Positions 27,869 to 39,100 of a DNA stretch of 64,000 bases are shown in pieces. The translations under genes were made by a program, and so were the position numbers. Source of the stretch: Candidatus Poribacteria bacterium (lineage in GTDB: Bacteria; Poribacteria; WGA-4E; PCPOR2b); contig OZ244587.1 in assembly GCA_965218095.1 (NCBI GenBank), positions 3,712,001 to 3,776,000 on the forward strand. Reading direction: 5' to 3'. The notes below the pieces were generated by a model. The model was not told the origin of the DNA and searched no databases. It saw only the letters and a program-made list of their open reading frames with translations. Numbering within the stretch: position 1 is the stretch's first letter; every line of letters starts with the position of its first letter.

Positions 27869-28165
27869 GTATGCCGCGCAAGCGGTGAGTAGAAGCACCA
27901 GTATAACGGGTCAGGATTGTTAGAATATCCTGTATGCACCTGTGTTAAGCTTATAGCGATAGATTGAGAGTCCGAAAGGACAAGCTGAACTTAGCAGTGC
28001 GTCATGCAAGGTGATCAGCGTAAAACGGTGAGCACGGGTGGATTTCCACAAGCCCAAGTCCTAACGGATTCAGTCAAGTCGGTAGCGTATGGATCCTCCT
28101 GGAATCGGACCAGAAGTGAGGTGATAGCTCACTTCTGGCTTATGGCACGCAACACCAGAGAGTAC
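27869..28165 (+). ncRNA. Group II intron domain I remnant (3'-truncated)
   Basis: Collinear with 4068-4540: GTATGCCGCGCAA/GTGCGCCACGCAA, CCAGTATAACGGG/CCAGTTGAACTGG, ATCAGCGTAAAACGG/ATCAACGTAAGATGG, AGTCCT..CGGTAGCGT and TGGCAC. GNRA hairpins present; no domain V. Confidence 0.65.
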
Positions 28166-28171
28166 ATTTTG

Positions 28172-29047
28172 TCAATCTTCATTGACCACCCAGAACGGCT
28201 GCGTCCATGCACGGCGATCGCCGACGCCCCAACATTCAAAGCGGACGTAGGTTGCGTCATCCGGGACATGGACCTCAAGCACATGAGCGTCGACCATGGC
28301 AAAGCCTCGTCCGTTATCACACAGTACGGCGATGCGATGGGCGTTATATGTCTCAATGCGGACATGCAGACCGTCCACTTTGATGTGGTCAATCATGACG
28401 CCGGTTGAAGCATAAAACCTCCCCTGGCGTAGCGCCTCCAGGATGCCCTCGCGCGTACGCGCCTTCACATAGGCCATAACCCAGCCGTGCCCGGCGTCGA
28501 CGGGGCGGTGGTAGTCGTCGCTGGCAAAGCCCCAGAGCCGGCGAGCTTGACTGAGCAGGATGTCCCACTTGTCGGTGGCGTAGGCGCTACCTGCTGCACG
28601 CAAACCGTTGGCGTTGAAGATCTCCAGTCCCAAGTAGCCCCTCCATCGCTGCATCAACTCAAGGCTGCAATTGTCAAACTCCCGACCAGTATTGGGATGA
28701 TTCACAATCGCGAATCCAGCGCCAGCGTTGATTTCGTCAATGACCTTCTGCCTATCTTCGTACGGCTCAATCCGGTGGTTGGCGCCAACATGTAGGATAT
28801 GTGGTCCACCCTTGGATACCTCATTACCGGGGATAAGGATTATCCCGTGGTGGTTCCAATCGCTGATGTCGTTGAAGCTATAGAACTTGTCATGTTCAGT
28901 TAAACCGAGGAATCCGTAGCCGAGCCGTGCGTAGTGACTGATTAAGTCGAAGGGCCTATCCGCGGGTAGTGGGTGTGCGTGCAGATTGCCGCGCAGCCAT
29001 AAGCCGTCCGTCAGGTCATGGTAGGGATGATCAAGGAATTTGGGCAT
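28172..29047 (-). CDS. PHP-domain metallohydrolase (CehA/McbA-like)
   Basis: RGNLHAH, LTEHD, GNEVS, NHP, LEIFN, ASDDYH, GRFYASTG and AWTQPF. Confidence 0.85.
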   Translation of the reverse strand: MPKFLDHPYHDLTDGLWLRGNLHAHPLPADRPFDLISHYARLGYGFLGLTEHDKFYSFNDISDWNHHGIILIPGNEVSKGGPHILHVGANHRIEPYEDRQKVIDEINAGAGFAIVNHPNTGREFDNCSLELMQRWRGYLGLEIFNANGLRAAGSAYATDKWDILLSQARRLWGFASDDYHRPVDAGHGWVMAYVKARTREGILEALRQGRFYASTGVMIDHIKVDGLHVRIETYNAHRIAVLCDNGRGFAMVDAHVLEVHVPDDATYVRFECWGVGDRRAWTQPFWVVNED

Positions 29048-29097
29048 TGGTTGCCTCCTGGAATGATACCGGTTTCAGGTTCTTTTCAGCCGGCATG

Positions 29098-30282
29098 TTA
29101 CCGCAGTTTGCCAGCGTATCTGGGAACCTTCAATTGCATCTCCGGACGGTGCAGGTTGTACAGATCGATCGGTTCGTAGGGATGCTTCAGCGCGACCGCT
29201 TCGTTGAATTCGACACCCAATCCCGGACGGTCAGGGATTTCGATCCAGCCATCTTCGACGACCATCGGATTTGTGCAAACGTCGAAGCGCCAGGGTTCGG
29301 GTGGAAAGTGCTCCAACGTCAGGAAGTTTGGGACGCACGCAGCGAGCTGAACGGCGGCGGCGTAGGACACTTCCCCGTTAGGGTTGTGCGGAGCGAATGC
29401 CGCATAGTGCGAATCAGCGATGGCGGCAATCTTCCTCGCCTCAAGCACCCCGCCGCAGTGCGACATATCCGGCTGAACGATGTCGGCACCGCCGCGCTCA
29501 AGCAGTTGCTGAAAGCTAAAGATGGTGAACAATCGCTCGCCCGTGGCGACCGGTATGTCAATCTTGCTCCGCACGTATGCCATTGCATCAAGGTTTTCGT
29601 GGGGAACGGGTTCTTCAAAGAAACTGATGTTGTACGGTTCGATGCCTTTGGCCGCCCGGACCGCGTTGGCGGCGGTGTTGAATATCCCGTTGCAGTCGAT
29701 GTACAGATCGATATCCGGCCCAACCGCCTGGCGAACCGCTGCCACTGCGTCAATGCCCGTATTCAGGATGTTGTTATCTAGCCGATAGAAATCGATACCG
29801 GGGCGTCCGCCCCAGGGATTGAATTTCAACCCCTTGACCCCGAGTTTCATCATCTCCTTCGCTGCCTGCTCAAACTCGTCGGGACTCATGCCCTGACGAT
29901 ACCATGCGTTGGCGTACAACTTAATCCGATCGCGTGTGCGACCTCCGAGCAGTTCGTATACCGGTACCCCAAGCGCCTTGCCTTTGATGTCCCACAACGC
30001 GGTTTCGACTCCACTGATTGCGCTAGTCAGCACCTCTCCGCCGGCGTAGAACGCCCGTCGGTACATCTCTTGAAAGTGCTTTTCGATGGCGAAAGGGTCT
30101 TTTCCGATGATGTAGCGAACCAACTCCACCACCGCCGCTTCGACCGTCTTTGACTTCCCTTCGAGGGTGGCCTCGCCGACGCCGTGGATGCCTTCATCTG
30201 TCTCGAGTTTCACTATGAGCCAGTTGCGAAAGCTTCCACCGACTAAGAAGGTTTTGACTTGTGTCACACGCATGCGTTTCAT
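29098..30282 (-). CDS. Enolase-superfamily dehydratase (galactonate-dehydratase-like)
   Basis: GVGEATLE, ALWDIKGK, FFEEPV, ATGERL, QPDMSHCGG and APHNP. Confidence 0.88.
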   Translation of the reverse strand: MKRMRVTQVKTFLVGGSFRNWLIVKLETDEGIHGVGEATLEGKSKTVEAAVVELVRYIIGKDPFAIEKHFQEMYRRAFYAGGEVLTSAISGVETALWDIKGKALGVPVYELLGGRTRDRIKLYANAWYRQGMSPDEFEQAAKEMMKLGVKGLKFNPWGGRPGIDFYRLDNNILNTGIDAVAAVRQAVGPDIDLYIDCNGIFNTAANAVRAAKGIEPYNISFFEEPVPHENLDAMAYVRSKIDIPVATGERLFTIFSFQQLLERGGADIVQPDMSHCGGVLEARKIAAIADSHYAAFAPHNPNGEVSYAAAVQLAACVPNFLTLEHFPPEPWRFDVCTNPMVVEDGWIEIPDRPGLGVEFNEAVALKHPYEPIDLYNLHRPEMQLKVPRYAGKLR

Positions 30283-30330
30283 CTGAGTGAACTCCTTTCA
30301 AACGTTGTCCGGTAAATGCACCGCCAGATT

Positions 30331-30567
30331 TCAGGCTCGTTCACGTCTGACCTCCGCTAGCGCCTCCAACAGATCCCGTTCCACTTCGCCCTCCAGAACA
30401 TGAGCAAAGGCGGTGTGAAATTGTGCTGTGATGTGTTCCCATTCTTCTTCCCAGGAAACCGAGTCGTTTTCAAGCACTTTACGGAGTTGTTCCCGTTCAA
30501 CCTTCGGAAGTTTTTCAATCAATGGCAAGATCTTTTCGAGCGTAACTGGTTCAGTGATTTGGATCAT
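30331..30567 (-). CDS. Small antitoxin-like protein with no adjacent toxin
   Basis: 78-aa helical acidic protein (TLEKILPLIEKLP..ERxxL; ALAEVRRE) resembling PIN-associated antitoxins. RBS GGAGG. Confidence 0.45.
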   Translation of the reverse strand: MIQITEPVTLEKILPLIEKLPKVEREQLRKVLENDSVSWEEEWEHITAQFHTAFAHVLEGEVERDLLEALAEVRRERA

Positions 30568-30662
30568 TGGATTGCCTCCGTTTCTGTCATTAAAGATACT
30601 CTGCAAACTCGGTACAACACAAAGTTGTCATGATTTCAGCATCGAGATGACATTATCTATTG

Positions 30663-31498
30663 TCACTCAAGTTCCAGCAACTCAAGCGAGTTGCGGTGGA
30701 TAATGCCCTCAATCACACCGTCCGGAATGCGAGGCAGCTTCGTACCTTCGAGTGGATCGTTCAGCCGACGCATCTTTTCCATGCCCTCCTCCGGCGTCCA
30801 TAACGGAAAATCAGAACCGAAAAGTAGTTTGTCTGTCACGCCCCACTCGGCCATGCCAATCAACGCCTCCCACCCCTGCCATGGCCGCACCCACACGCCG
30901 GAGACATCGGCATAGACATTTGGATGCTTGCGCAAGACGACGGCGCAATCACGCTGCCAAGGATGCGCCATGTGCGCCATGATGAACTTGAGGTTCGGGA
31001 ATGCCTGAGCAATTTCGTCAACCAACAGAGGCAAGCTGTACTTGAGGGGCGCTCTGGGGTTCGGGTGTGTCCCTAGATGGGACAAAATTGGCAGCCCCAT
31101 CCGTTGCGCCTTTTCGTATAGTGGAAAGATGGTGGGATCGGTGGGATCATACCTGCCTAGCATCGGGTAGATCTTGATCCCCGCAGCCCAAGGTCGGACA
31201 CGCACCGGTCAATCTCTTCCAGATGGTTGTCTTCCATCGGATCTATTGCCACGAAGCCAATCAATTTATCCGGCGCGTACTTGACCCATTCAGCGGTGAA
31301 ATCGTTGGGACTCCGTACCCCGGTGGAGACACCTCGCACTCCGAAGACGATCGCCTTATCGACAGCCTTCATGTGCGCCAGGTACGTTTCGGGCGACAGC
31401 GGCTGCATCGGCGGATAGCCTGCCCGTTCATCTGCACGACGGGCGACTTCGCTGATGTGCTCCGGCTGAAGACAATGCGTGTGTACATCAACAATCAT
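30663..31498 (-). pseudogene. Amidohydrolase_2 family protein, split by a one-base deletion in a G run
   Basis: MIVDVHTH...DLGLR[G4 at 31179-31182]IKIYP...AHMAHPW...YADVSG...LFGSDFP. One extra G restores a single ORF; this may be a sequencing error. Confidence 0.8.
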
Positions 31499-31589
31499 GT
31501 AGTTCTCCTTTTATCATCTGATCTTGACTCCAGTTTGCGGCACAATACGAAGTTTCCTCCCCCCGGTCAATGATGTTCTATTTGCTCAT

Positions 31590-31710
31590 GTTTAAGCTCC
31601 TCACCCGCTCGGTGCGGGCAGCCGTGGATGTTTGTCGGAAAACCTTCGGTGGGTTGGATACCTTGGTAAATTCAGCGGGGGTTATTCACTTTGCTCCACT
31701 GACCAAAACT
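31590..31710 (+). pseudogene. Short-chain dehydrogenase fragment
   Basis: VRAAVDVCRKTFGGLDTLVNSAGVIHFAPL is an SDR-type segment with no flanking SDR sequence. Confidence 0.5.
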
Positions 31711-32015
31711 ATGTCAATCCCCGGCCATATAAGTGAAAACTCGCATGCCTCGTCTCTTATGCAACAGGGGTGCCTCCAATTGGCTCGAAGCATGATCGGG
31801 AAGAATTGCAGTTCTCCGGGGAAACAAATCGATCATCCGGGCCAACCATCGTCATCGTACAGTTACACCAGTAGTTTGAGAACGGGTTGGTTTCGACAAG
31901 ATTTTGCAAGTTTCCACCGGGGGTGTAAAGCGCCTTGGTGCATAGGTTTTGACATATCGATCGATTCAAGAGAGACGAGCCTTTTTCTGCTAACATGTTC
32001 ATTCTCCTTCGACTT

Positions 32016-32993
32016 TCAGCTTACTGCCATCATCGCAGCGCGGCTGACAATATTTTGGGTGAGCATGACTTTATAGCCATTGTCATTCATGGGTTCAGCG
32101 TTCTTCACGGCATCTATCCCTGCCTGCCTTGCAGCAGTTTCTGTAATGCGTTTACCGTTCAACGCCGCTTCAGCTTCCTTGGAGCGCCAGGGTATTGGAG
32201 CGACCCCACCAAGCACGATATTCGCTGCCTGGCAGGTTGCGTCAGCCATCTCAAAGACAGCAGCGACACTTGCCAGTGCAAAGTCGAAAGAGCCCCTTTC
32301 GCGGACTTTGATATAGAAGCTCTTTGTGTTCCCCTTCGGTTGTGGGATGTGGACCTCGGCAACGACTTCGTTCGGTTCGAGGACGTTTTCACGTTGCGGG
32401 TTGACTTCTGGCAGAATGAAGAAATCCTCTAGCGGCATCGTCTTTTCCTCCCCTGGCCCAATAATCTTCACCGTTGCGCCGAGCGCGATTAGCGCCGGCG
32501 CAACGTCAGAAGGATGGACAATATAGACAGGTCCGCCCCCGAAGATTGCATGGTACTTGTTCAATCCCTCGACTGCGTAGCATATATCGCCGCCCTTCTT
32601 GAGGCAGATGATGTCCGGGTTGCGATAGTACCAGCAGCGGGGACGTTGGCACAGGTTGCCGCCAAGCGTGCCAACATTCCGAATCTGCGGTGATGCAACG
32701 GAGTCCGCAGCTTCTGCAAGCACGGTATAATGTTTTTGAATCGTTGGGTGCGCAGCAATCTCCGCAAGCGTCACCAACGCACCGATTGTCAACCCGGATG
32801 AATCGGCTTTGATCTCATTGAGCCCGGGGATCGTTTTGAGGTTGACTACCTTTTTCGGCGTTTCAATATACTCTTTGAGTTCACCGAGGAGATCTGTGCC
32901 TCCCGCAATAATTTTCGTTTCGTCCCAATCTTCGCCCAGTAGTGAGGAAGCCTCTTCGACGCTTGTCGTGTTGATGTAAGCGAAATTTTCCAT
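32016..32993 (-). CDS. paoB: Molybdo-flavoenzyme FAD subunit (PaoB/YagS-like)
   Basis: AGGTDL, ASPQIRNVGTLGGNLCQRPRCWYYR plus further Cys residues (4Fe-4S type), HPSD and DFAL. Confidence 0.85.
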   Translation of the reverse strand: MENFAYINTTSVEEASSLLGEDWDETKIIAGGTDLLGELKEYIETPKKVVNLKTIPGLNEIKADSSGLTIGALVTLAEIAAHPTIQKHYTVLAEAADSVASPQIRNVGTLGGNLCQRPRCWYYRNPDIICLKKGGDICYAVEGLNKYHAIFGGGPVYIVHPSDVAPALIALGATVKIIGPGEEKTMPLEDFFILPEVNPQRENVLEPNEVVAEVHIPQPKGNTKSFYIKVRERGSFDFALASVAAVFEMADATCQAANIVLGGVAPIPWRSKEAEAALNGKRITETAARQAGIDAVKNAEPMNDNGYKVMLTQNIVSRAAMMAVS

Positions 32994-32997
32994 CTGT

Positions 32998-35133
32998 TTA
33001 TGCCTTTCCTTTCCCAGCAAGGGCGTTGAGTACCTTATCCGGTGTAATCGGCAGGTCTCGGATGCGGACGCCAATTGCGTTATAGACCGCATTCGCAATC
33101 GCTCCCGGTGTTGGAATGTTTGGCGGCTCACCAATTCCGGTCACCTTCCGATCGGTGTCGAAGGCAATGGCTTTAATCTCAGGAATCTCCATCGCTCCCA
33201 AGACCTTATAATCTTCCAAGTTTGGGTTAATCATCTTCCCAGTCTGGGCATCCATGATGCGGTTCTCAAGCAGGGCGTAGCCCATTCCCATGAGAATGCC
33301 GCCGTTGATTTGGCTTTCAGTCGTCAAGCGGTTCACCACCAAGCCACAGTCTTGGACTGCGACAATCTTGATGACCTTGACAAGTCCGGTTTCCGTGTCA
33401 ACTTCGACCTCGGCAAACTGTACGCCGGCGACATCGCCGATGCGGAGGTCTTCGTCCCACTCGCCGCCTTCGGAGATGGTCTCCATGCCGAGATGCCCGG
33501 TTGCTTGTTTCCATGAAATGGTCTTTGTCCGATCAGACACCACATAGATCTTCCCACCTGCCGCCCGGAGGTCTTCAGGTTGGACTTCCAGTAGTGGCGC
33601 CGTATGTTCAAAGAGCTTACCCTTGGCTGCTATCGCTGCGGTTTTCATTACCGGCGCAACAGAGCCAATCGTCTGGCTGCCCCCACTCCCGCGAGAGGGC
33701 AATCCCGGTTCGGTGTCTCCAATCTTCACCGTGATGTCTCGGGGCTGCAACCCAAGTTCTTCCGCGACGACAATCGCAATGACAGTTCGGATACCTGTAC
33801 CGATATCTTGCGTACCGGTGACTGCTTCGACAGCGCCACTTGCGTGGATAGTCACACGGACCTGCGTTCCCGCCCCGCCGCCACCGCCCCACAATCCACA
33901 GCCCATACCGATGCCACGTTTCTTAACGCCTTTTCCTGCACCGGGGACTTTATTGCGTCGGTGCCAACCGATCTCCTGTGCGCCGAGGGTGTATTCCTCC
34001 TGACGAATTTGGTTTCGACGCTCATTATTGTCCCCATTCAACCGACGAAACTCCAGCGGGTCCATGCCCAGCTTTTCAGCGAGCTCATCCATCAGCGAAT
34101 CCATCCCAAACGCACCTTGTGGGTGTCCCGGCGCGCGCATGGCGCGGGCATTCCCCGCGTTGATTGCAACAGCGAACTTTTCAGTCCGGTAGTTCGGAAC
34201 GTGATGCACATAAGGACCGGTAAAGCCAGCGCCGCCGCTGATGCCGCCTGTGCCGTAACCCCGCAGGTCGTAGGCAATTAGGCGACCATCCTTCGTCGCG
34301 CCGGCGCGGACATGCTGCGTCATTGACGGACGATTGCCAGCGACAAGGTGCTCATCTTTACGGGTTAACATCAGCTTGACGGGCGCCCCCACTTTCCGGG
34401 CAAGTTTCGCGGCGGCGATGCCTTCCACACCGGGCCCAAACTTACTCCCGAAGCCGCCGCCCATATGCTCGGTGATGACACGCACCTGATTCTCGGGTAG
34501 TTCAAAATGCTGTGCAAAATTTCGGCGTGTTCCAAATACCGCCTGCGTTGACGCCCAAACGGTCAGTTTGTCTCCGTCCCATTGGGCGACATGCCCATGG
34601 GGCTCTAAACAGACATGGGTTTGGACAGGTGCGCTGTAAGTGGCTTCAACCTCAACAGCAGCTTCAGCAAACCCCGCCTCAATATCACCGCGTTCACCAA
34701 CGCTTGGCTTCCTCTGATTTCTGGGCCAGTCTTCATTGATGTGTGGCGCATCCTCCCCCATCGCTTCTTCGACATCAACCACATACTCTAATTCGTCGTA
34801 GTCAAATCGGATTAATCGAAGCGCATCCTTTGCGATGTCGTCAGTGACAGCGGCGACAGCGGCAATCTCCTGTCCTTCATAGCGTATCCGTTTGCCCGGC
34901 TCAGTCAGCGGAATGGCGGCTTTGACACCAGGCAGGGCTTCTGCTTCGCTGAGATCGATTGCGGTAACCGTCGCATGGGCGACCGGCGACCGCAAGATCT
35001 GACCGTAAAGCATTCCAGGGTGATTGATGTCAAACGTGTACTTCGCCCTTCCTGTGACTTTATCTTTTCCTGACAAGCGCGGGATGCGTTTGCCAATTAA
35101 GCGTGAATCCTTTGCTTCTCCCCATGATGCCAT
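32998..35133 (-). CDS. paoC: Molybdopterin-binding subunit, xanthine dehydrogenase family (PaoC/YagR-like)
   Basis: KVTGRAKY, GGGFGSK, MRAPG, QDIGTG, SQINGG and GIGEP. Confidence 0.88.
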   Translation of the reverse strand: MASWGEAKDSRLIGKRIPRLSGKDKVTGRAKYTFDINHPGMLYGQILRSPVAHATVTAIDLSEAEALPGVKAAIPLTEPGKRIRYEGQEIAAVAAVTDDIAKDALRLIRFDYDELEYVVDVEEAMGEDAPHINEDWPRNQRKPSVGERGDIEAGFAEAAVEVEATYSAPVQTHVCLEPHGHVAQWDGDKLTVWASTQAVFGTRRNFAQHFELPENQVRVITEHMGGGFGSKFGPGVEGIAAAKLARKVGAPVKLMLTRKDEHLVAGNRPSMTQHVRAGATKDGRLIAYDLRGYGTGGISGGAGFTGPYVHHVPNYRTEKFAVAINAGNARAMRAPGHPQGAFGMDSLMDELAEKLGMDPLEFRRLNGDNNERRNQIRQEEYTLGAQEIGWHRRNKVPGAGKGVKKRGIGMGCGLWGGGGGAGTQVRVTIHASGAVEAVTGTQDIGTGIRTVIAIVVAEELGLQPRDITVKIGDTEPGLPSRGSGGSQTIGSVAPVMKTAAIAAKGKLFEHTAPLLEVQPEDLRAAGGKIYVVSDRTKTISWKQATGHLGMETISEGGEWDEDLRIGDVAGVQFAEVEVDTETGLVKVIKIVAVQDCGLVVNRLTTESQINGGILMGMGYALLENRIMDAQTGKMINPNLEDYKVLGAMEIPEIKAIAFDTDRKVTGIGEPPNIPTPGAIANAVYNAIGVRIRDLPITPDKVLNALAGKGKA

Positions 35134-35136
35134 TGT

Positions 35137-35778
35137 CTAACCTCCCATCTTACGCGACGCCGTTTTAACCGCCTCAAAGATAAAGGGATAGGTACCACAG
35201 CGGCAGATGTTGCCCGCCAATCCCATTTTAATCTCGTCAAAGCTCGGACTTGGGTTCTGATCTAACAACGATTTCGCAGCCACGACAAAGCCAGGTGTGC
35301 AGAAACCGCACATTAGGGCGTCGTGTTGGACAAACGCTTCTTGAACGGGATGCAACTGATCGCCGTTGGCAAGCCCCTCCACTGTCGTAATCTGCTTCCC
35401 TTGGGCATCAGTGGCAAGCATCATACAAGAGTAGACAGCTTTTCCATTAACTTGCACCGTGCATCCACCGCACTCACCACGATCGCAGATGGGCTTTGCG
35501 CCGGTCAGATCTATGCGTTTGCCGTTGGTGTTGAAGCCGTCTCGCAAGATACTCAACAACGTCGTGCGCGGTTCGACTTCAACTTCATAGTTTTTGCTGT
35601 TAATATTGAGCTTGATTTTGGTGCGGGTGATTTCTTCACCCATCTGGGCTTCCACCGCCGTCTCCGCACCAACGAAAACAGTCGGTGCAACGCTTGCGGC
35701 GATCGCGCCGGTGCTCACACCTTTCAGGAAACTCCGCCGCGATATGGGGGTTCCCTTTTGGTCTTTTTCTTTTGACAT
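35137..35778 (-). CDS. paoA: 2x[2Fe-2S] subunit with Tat signal (PaoA/YagT-like)
   Basis: SRRSFLK twin-arginine signal; CDRGECGGC..C and CGFC..CRC. Confidence 0.9.
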   Translation of the reverse strand: MSKEKDQKGTPISRRSFLKGVSTGAIAASVAPTVFVGAETAVEAQMGEEITRTKIKLNINSKNYEVEVEPRTTLLSILRDGFNTNGKRIDLTGAKPICDRGECGGCTVQVNGKAVYSCMMLATDAQGKQITTVEGLANGDQLHPVQEAFVQHDALMCGFCTPGFVVAAKSLLDQNPSPSFDEIKMGLAGNICRCGTYPFIFEAVKTASRKMGG

Positions 35779-36180
35779 GCTCTCCTCCTAACTAGAGTCG
35801 TCAGCTTACGATTTGAGTTATTCAGTTTCCATTTGTGTCAACTTAACGGAAACGACTCAGACTTCCGAAGTTTTGACACTAGATCTGATAACCTGAAACC
35901 TTGCCAGATCTGTCAAGGCCAAAAGTGTCGTGCAGCCTACAGATTCGTTAACGCTCGGCACGTACGATCAAACCTCTCGCGAAGGAAAAACCTGCTCTGC
36001 TACGACAAGCGACTCGGCCCAAAATGGCGACCATTGCCGTGACGGTTGGTGCTACGTCTGCATCGGCAGTGAGCAATGCCGCCGGTGGCACGAATACATG
36101 TGTTCGAGGGGAGTGTCCACCTGCTCGCAATATAACAAGTTGTTTCCCCACGCGTTACATATTTGTCGTCATTGTTTCTT

Positions 36181-39100
36181 CTAGCGCGCAAGCTTCTCAG
36201 TCGTAGGTTCCATCTGTGAAATCCAATCGCGCAACAGTTGTATAGCTTGGCGATCGACCACCGAAGTCGCCAGGGGCGGCATTTGGCCGGCGCCTCGACG
36301 CAACACACGATGGTAAATAATCGAACGGTCGGGGCTGCCGGGCGCAATGAGCATCGCGTTGGAGATTCCAAATGTGTCGTGCTGCGGGCGGACACCGAAG
36401 GTGTAGGTTTTATCCCGCTCTGCGGTGAACTCCAGCACGATATGCGCGTTGCCTCCCCCTGTGTGGACATGGCAATTTGCGCAGGCAGCATGCAGATAAG
36501 AACGGGCCCTCGCGTCAAGGGATTCTTGAGGGTTGTACGGATTAACCAGCTTGGGGTACTCCTCCGGGCGCTTCGGCAGCGGCTTGGTGAAAATGCCAAG
36601 ATGATCTAGCGTCCGAAGTTGGTTGTCGGATACGCCACCATAATCATGCGTCTTGTTCATTTGCATTGTGTTGAGCCCCAACACATAGTTGGCTGCGCGG
36701 CTGTGGCAGACCATACACTCAACCCGGCTGGGATAGCGCCAGATCTGTTCCCGACTCCCTTCAGGGGACTTTGAATCCTGAATCGTAAGGATACGATCCA
36801 TTCCATCAGCCGCCACAAGCGTCGCATCGGTCTGCTCGTCATTCCAGACATAGGAATATCCCACCCACTCGTTCTGCTGTCGGGTGAGCAACCGCGTTTC
36901 AATCCGATGCCTAGAGGTTGCTTTGAATCGAGATTGCTCTGAATCCTCGACGCTTCGTCGGGATGCAATCGGGGCAGGATTTCCTGCTTCCAGATCGAGC
37001 GCAAAGGTTTGAACCAGGACCGTCCCATCGGGAAAGGTCCACCCATGCGATGTCGTGAAGTCGATCTGGGAATCGCCCGGAAGCCCAATGAACCGCTCCA
37101 TGTGTGCACCATCAGCCCACAACGGCGCGTTGACCGAGTAGGGAATCAGCCCTGGAACGGTCTGATGATCTTTGACCGATGCGAACAAGCCAGTTCCACT
37201 CAGTCGAGTGGGGAATTTTGCGGTCAGTTCGTCTTTGGGTTTATGCTCCAACTGAAAGATTCCGCTGGCGAGATCTGCGATTAATATCTCGTCGTTGTGG
37301 TCAATCCCAAAGCTCACAATCTGCAGCGTCGTGTCGGCGATTTCCCTGTGCCAGATAATCCGCTCCCCATTGTGACGTAACGCCCAAATCTTGCCGGTCG
37401 CGTAGTCACCATAGATATAGGCGCCACGCAGCTCTGGAAACTTCGATCCGTAGTACACAACCCCACCGGTGATGGAGCGAGATTCGGAGTGGGGATGTTC
37501 GACCGTTGGCTTGACGATGGGCGTAGGGCCAGGTTTTCGGTTCAGGAAGAACGGATGGCTACCTTCGTAGAGACTCCAACCGTAGTTATCCCCACGACGA
37601 ACAAGGTGAATCATCTCCCACTGATCTTGCCCGACATTTCCCACCCAAAGATGTCCTGTTTCTTGATCAAAGGTCATACGCCAGGGATTGCGGATACCGT
37701 AGGCCCAGATTTCGGGTCGTGCGCCTTCAAAGCCGATGAAAGGGTTGTCGGCGGGGACCGAATAAGCTCGTCCTGCTTCGGGATGATCGACGTCGATCCG
37801 CATGATCGTCGCAAGCACATTGCTTATATCTTGGCCCTTGGGTTCTCTGTCATAACTTCCGGGCTGGCCGGTGAGGTTTGTATCGGAGTCCATGGCGCCG
37901 TCGCCCGCAGCAATGTAGAGGAATCCATCGGGACCAAACGCCAGATCGCCGCCATTGTGGTTGTTCGACTGCCACTCCATGATAATCGGCTCAGAATGCT
38001 TGTCACAGTGATACGGCGGCTGACGCTCGACACTGCATCGCGATATACGGTTCTTTGTTTCTGTAACTTTTCCACCCTTGGGCCCGTTGCTGACGACATA
38101 AAGGTCGCCGTTCTTTTCGTAATCAGGATGGAATGTCAAGCCATAGGTCTCGCGGCCCGTGTCGAAAAGGAGTTCGGCCTCATCAACCTCCGGATCATCC
38201 GTGAAGCGACGAATCTTACCGCCTAGCTCTATCACCAGGAGTTGGTCTGTACCCGGTTCGCGCTCAATGTACACCGGTTGATCCAATTTCAGTTTGGTGA
38301 ACGTCTGTTTGGGGTGCAATGACAATGGCGGGCCGGTTTCCGCCGTTTTGCCGGTCAGGGTTGATAAAAACGCGAGTAAATCATAATACTCAGCGACCGA
38401 CAGTATCTGTGAGTAGTTGGTCGGCATCGGGGAAGTAACATTGAGTCGTTTACCCAAAGCACGACTATACTCCGGATCGCCGGCGAGGTCTTCGTACTTG
38501 TCGAAGGTTCGTTCGCTGCCATCAATTTTTAAGGTAATTTCAGCCTCGTTTTCAGAGATGAGCTCTCCAACAATCGGTTCATCATTATATGGGGTCACAA
38601 TCGCCTGGACCTTCACATTCGATTTTGACACCGTTTGCACCCCATCCCCAACCTTGAGTGTGATGTTTTTGTCAGTCGCTTCAATGAGATCGCCGCTTAT
38701 CGGCGTTGTGGAATCAGCAGGCATGACCTGAATCCAAAAATATCCCTTTTCCTTTAGATTGACCAACGCCTCGATAGGTTCGGGGTCAAGTTCGCTCAAT
38801 AGAATGGCCCTTTCCGTTTCAGCCCCGTTAGCTCCTTTGATACGCAGAACGATTTTTTCGTTATCCCCGATAAGATCGGGATTCAAATTGCTCTGAATCC
38901 TCGATGCTTCATCGGGAGCAACCTGCGAGACGAGCGTTCCTTGAATCACAGCGCCGCCTGTTCGCACAGTTGCTAGACCGTATCCGCGCACAATTCCGGC
39001 ATTTGGTTTAAGGATTGATTCTTCGATATAACGGACACTATTTAATGTGGCAATATCCGTTAAATCAGGCCCCAGAACAATTTCAACCCCCTCGTCAAGG

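Noticed and set aside
27869-28165. RNase P, tmRNA or riboswitch
   Set aside because: It lacks GAGGAAAGUCC and tRNA-like ends, lies between convergent genes, and is better explained by similarity to the intron.
31740-32010. Coding remnant downstream of paoB
   Set aside because: No family motif could be recognised with confidence.
35790-36180. Small gene between the dehydrogenase and paoA
   Set aside because: Short ORFs in all frames have no recognisable motif; a decayed gene is possible but unsupported.
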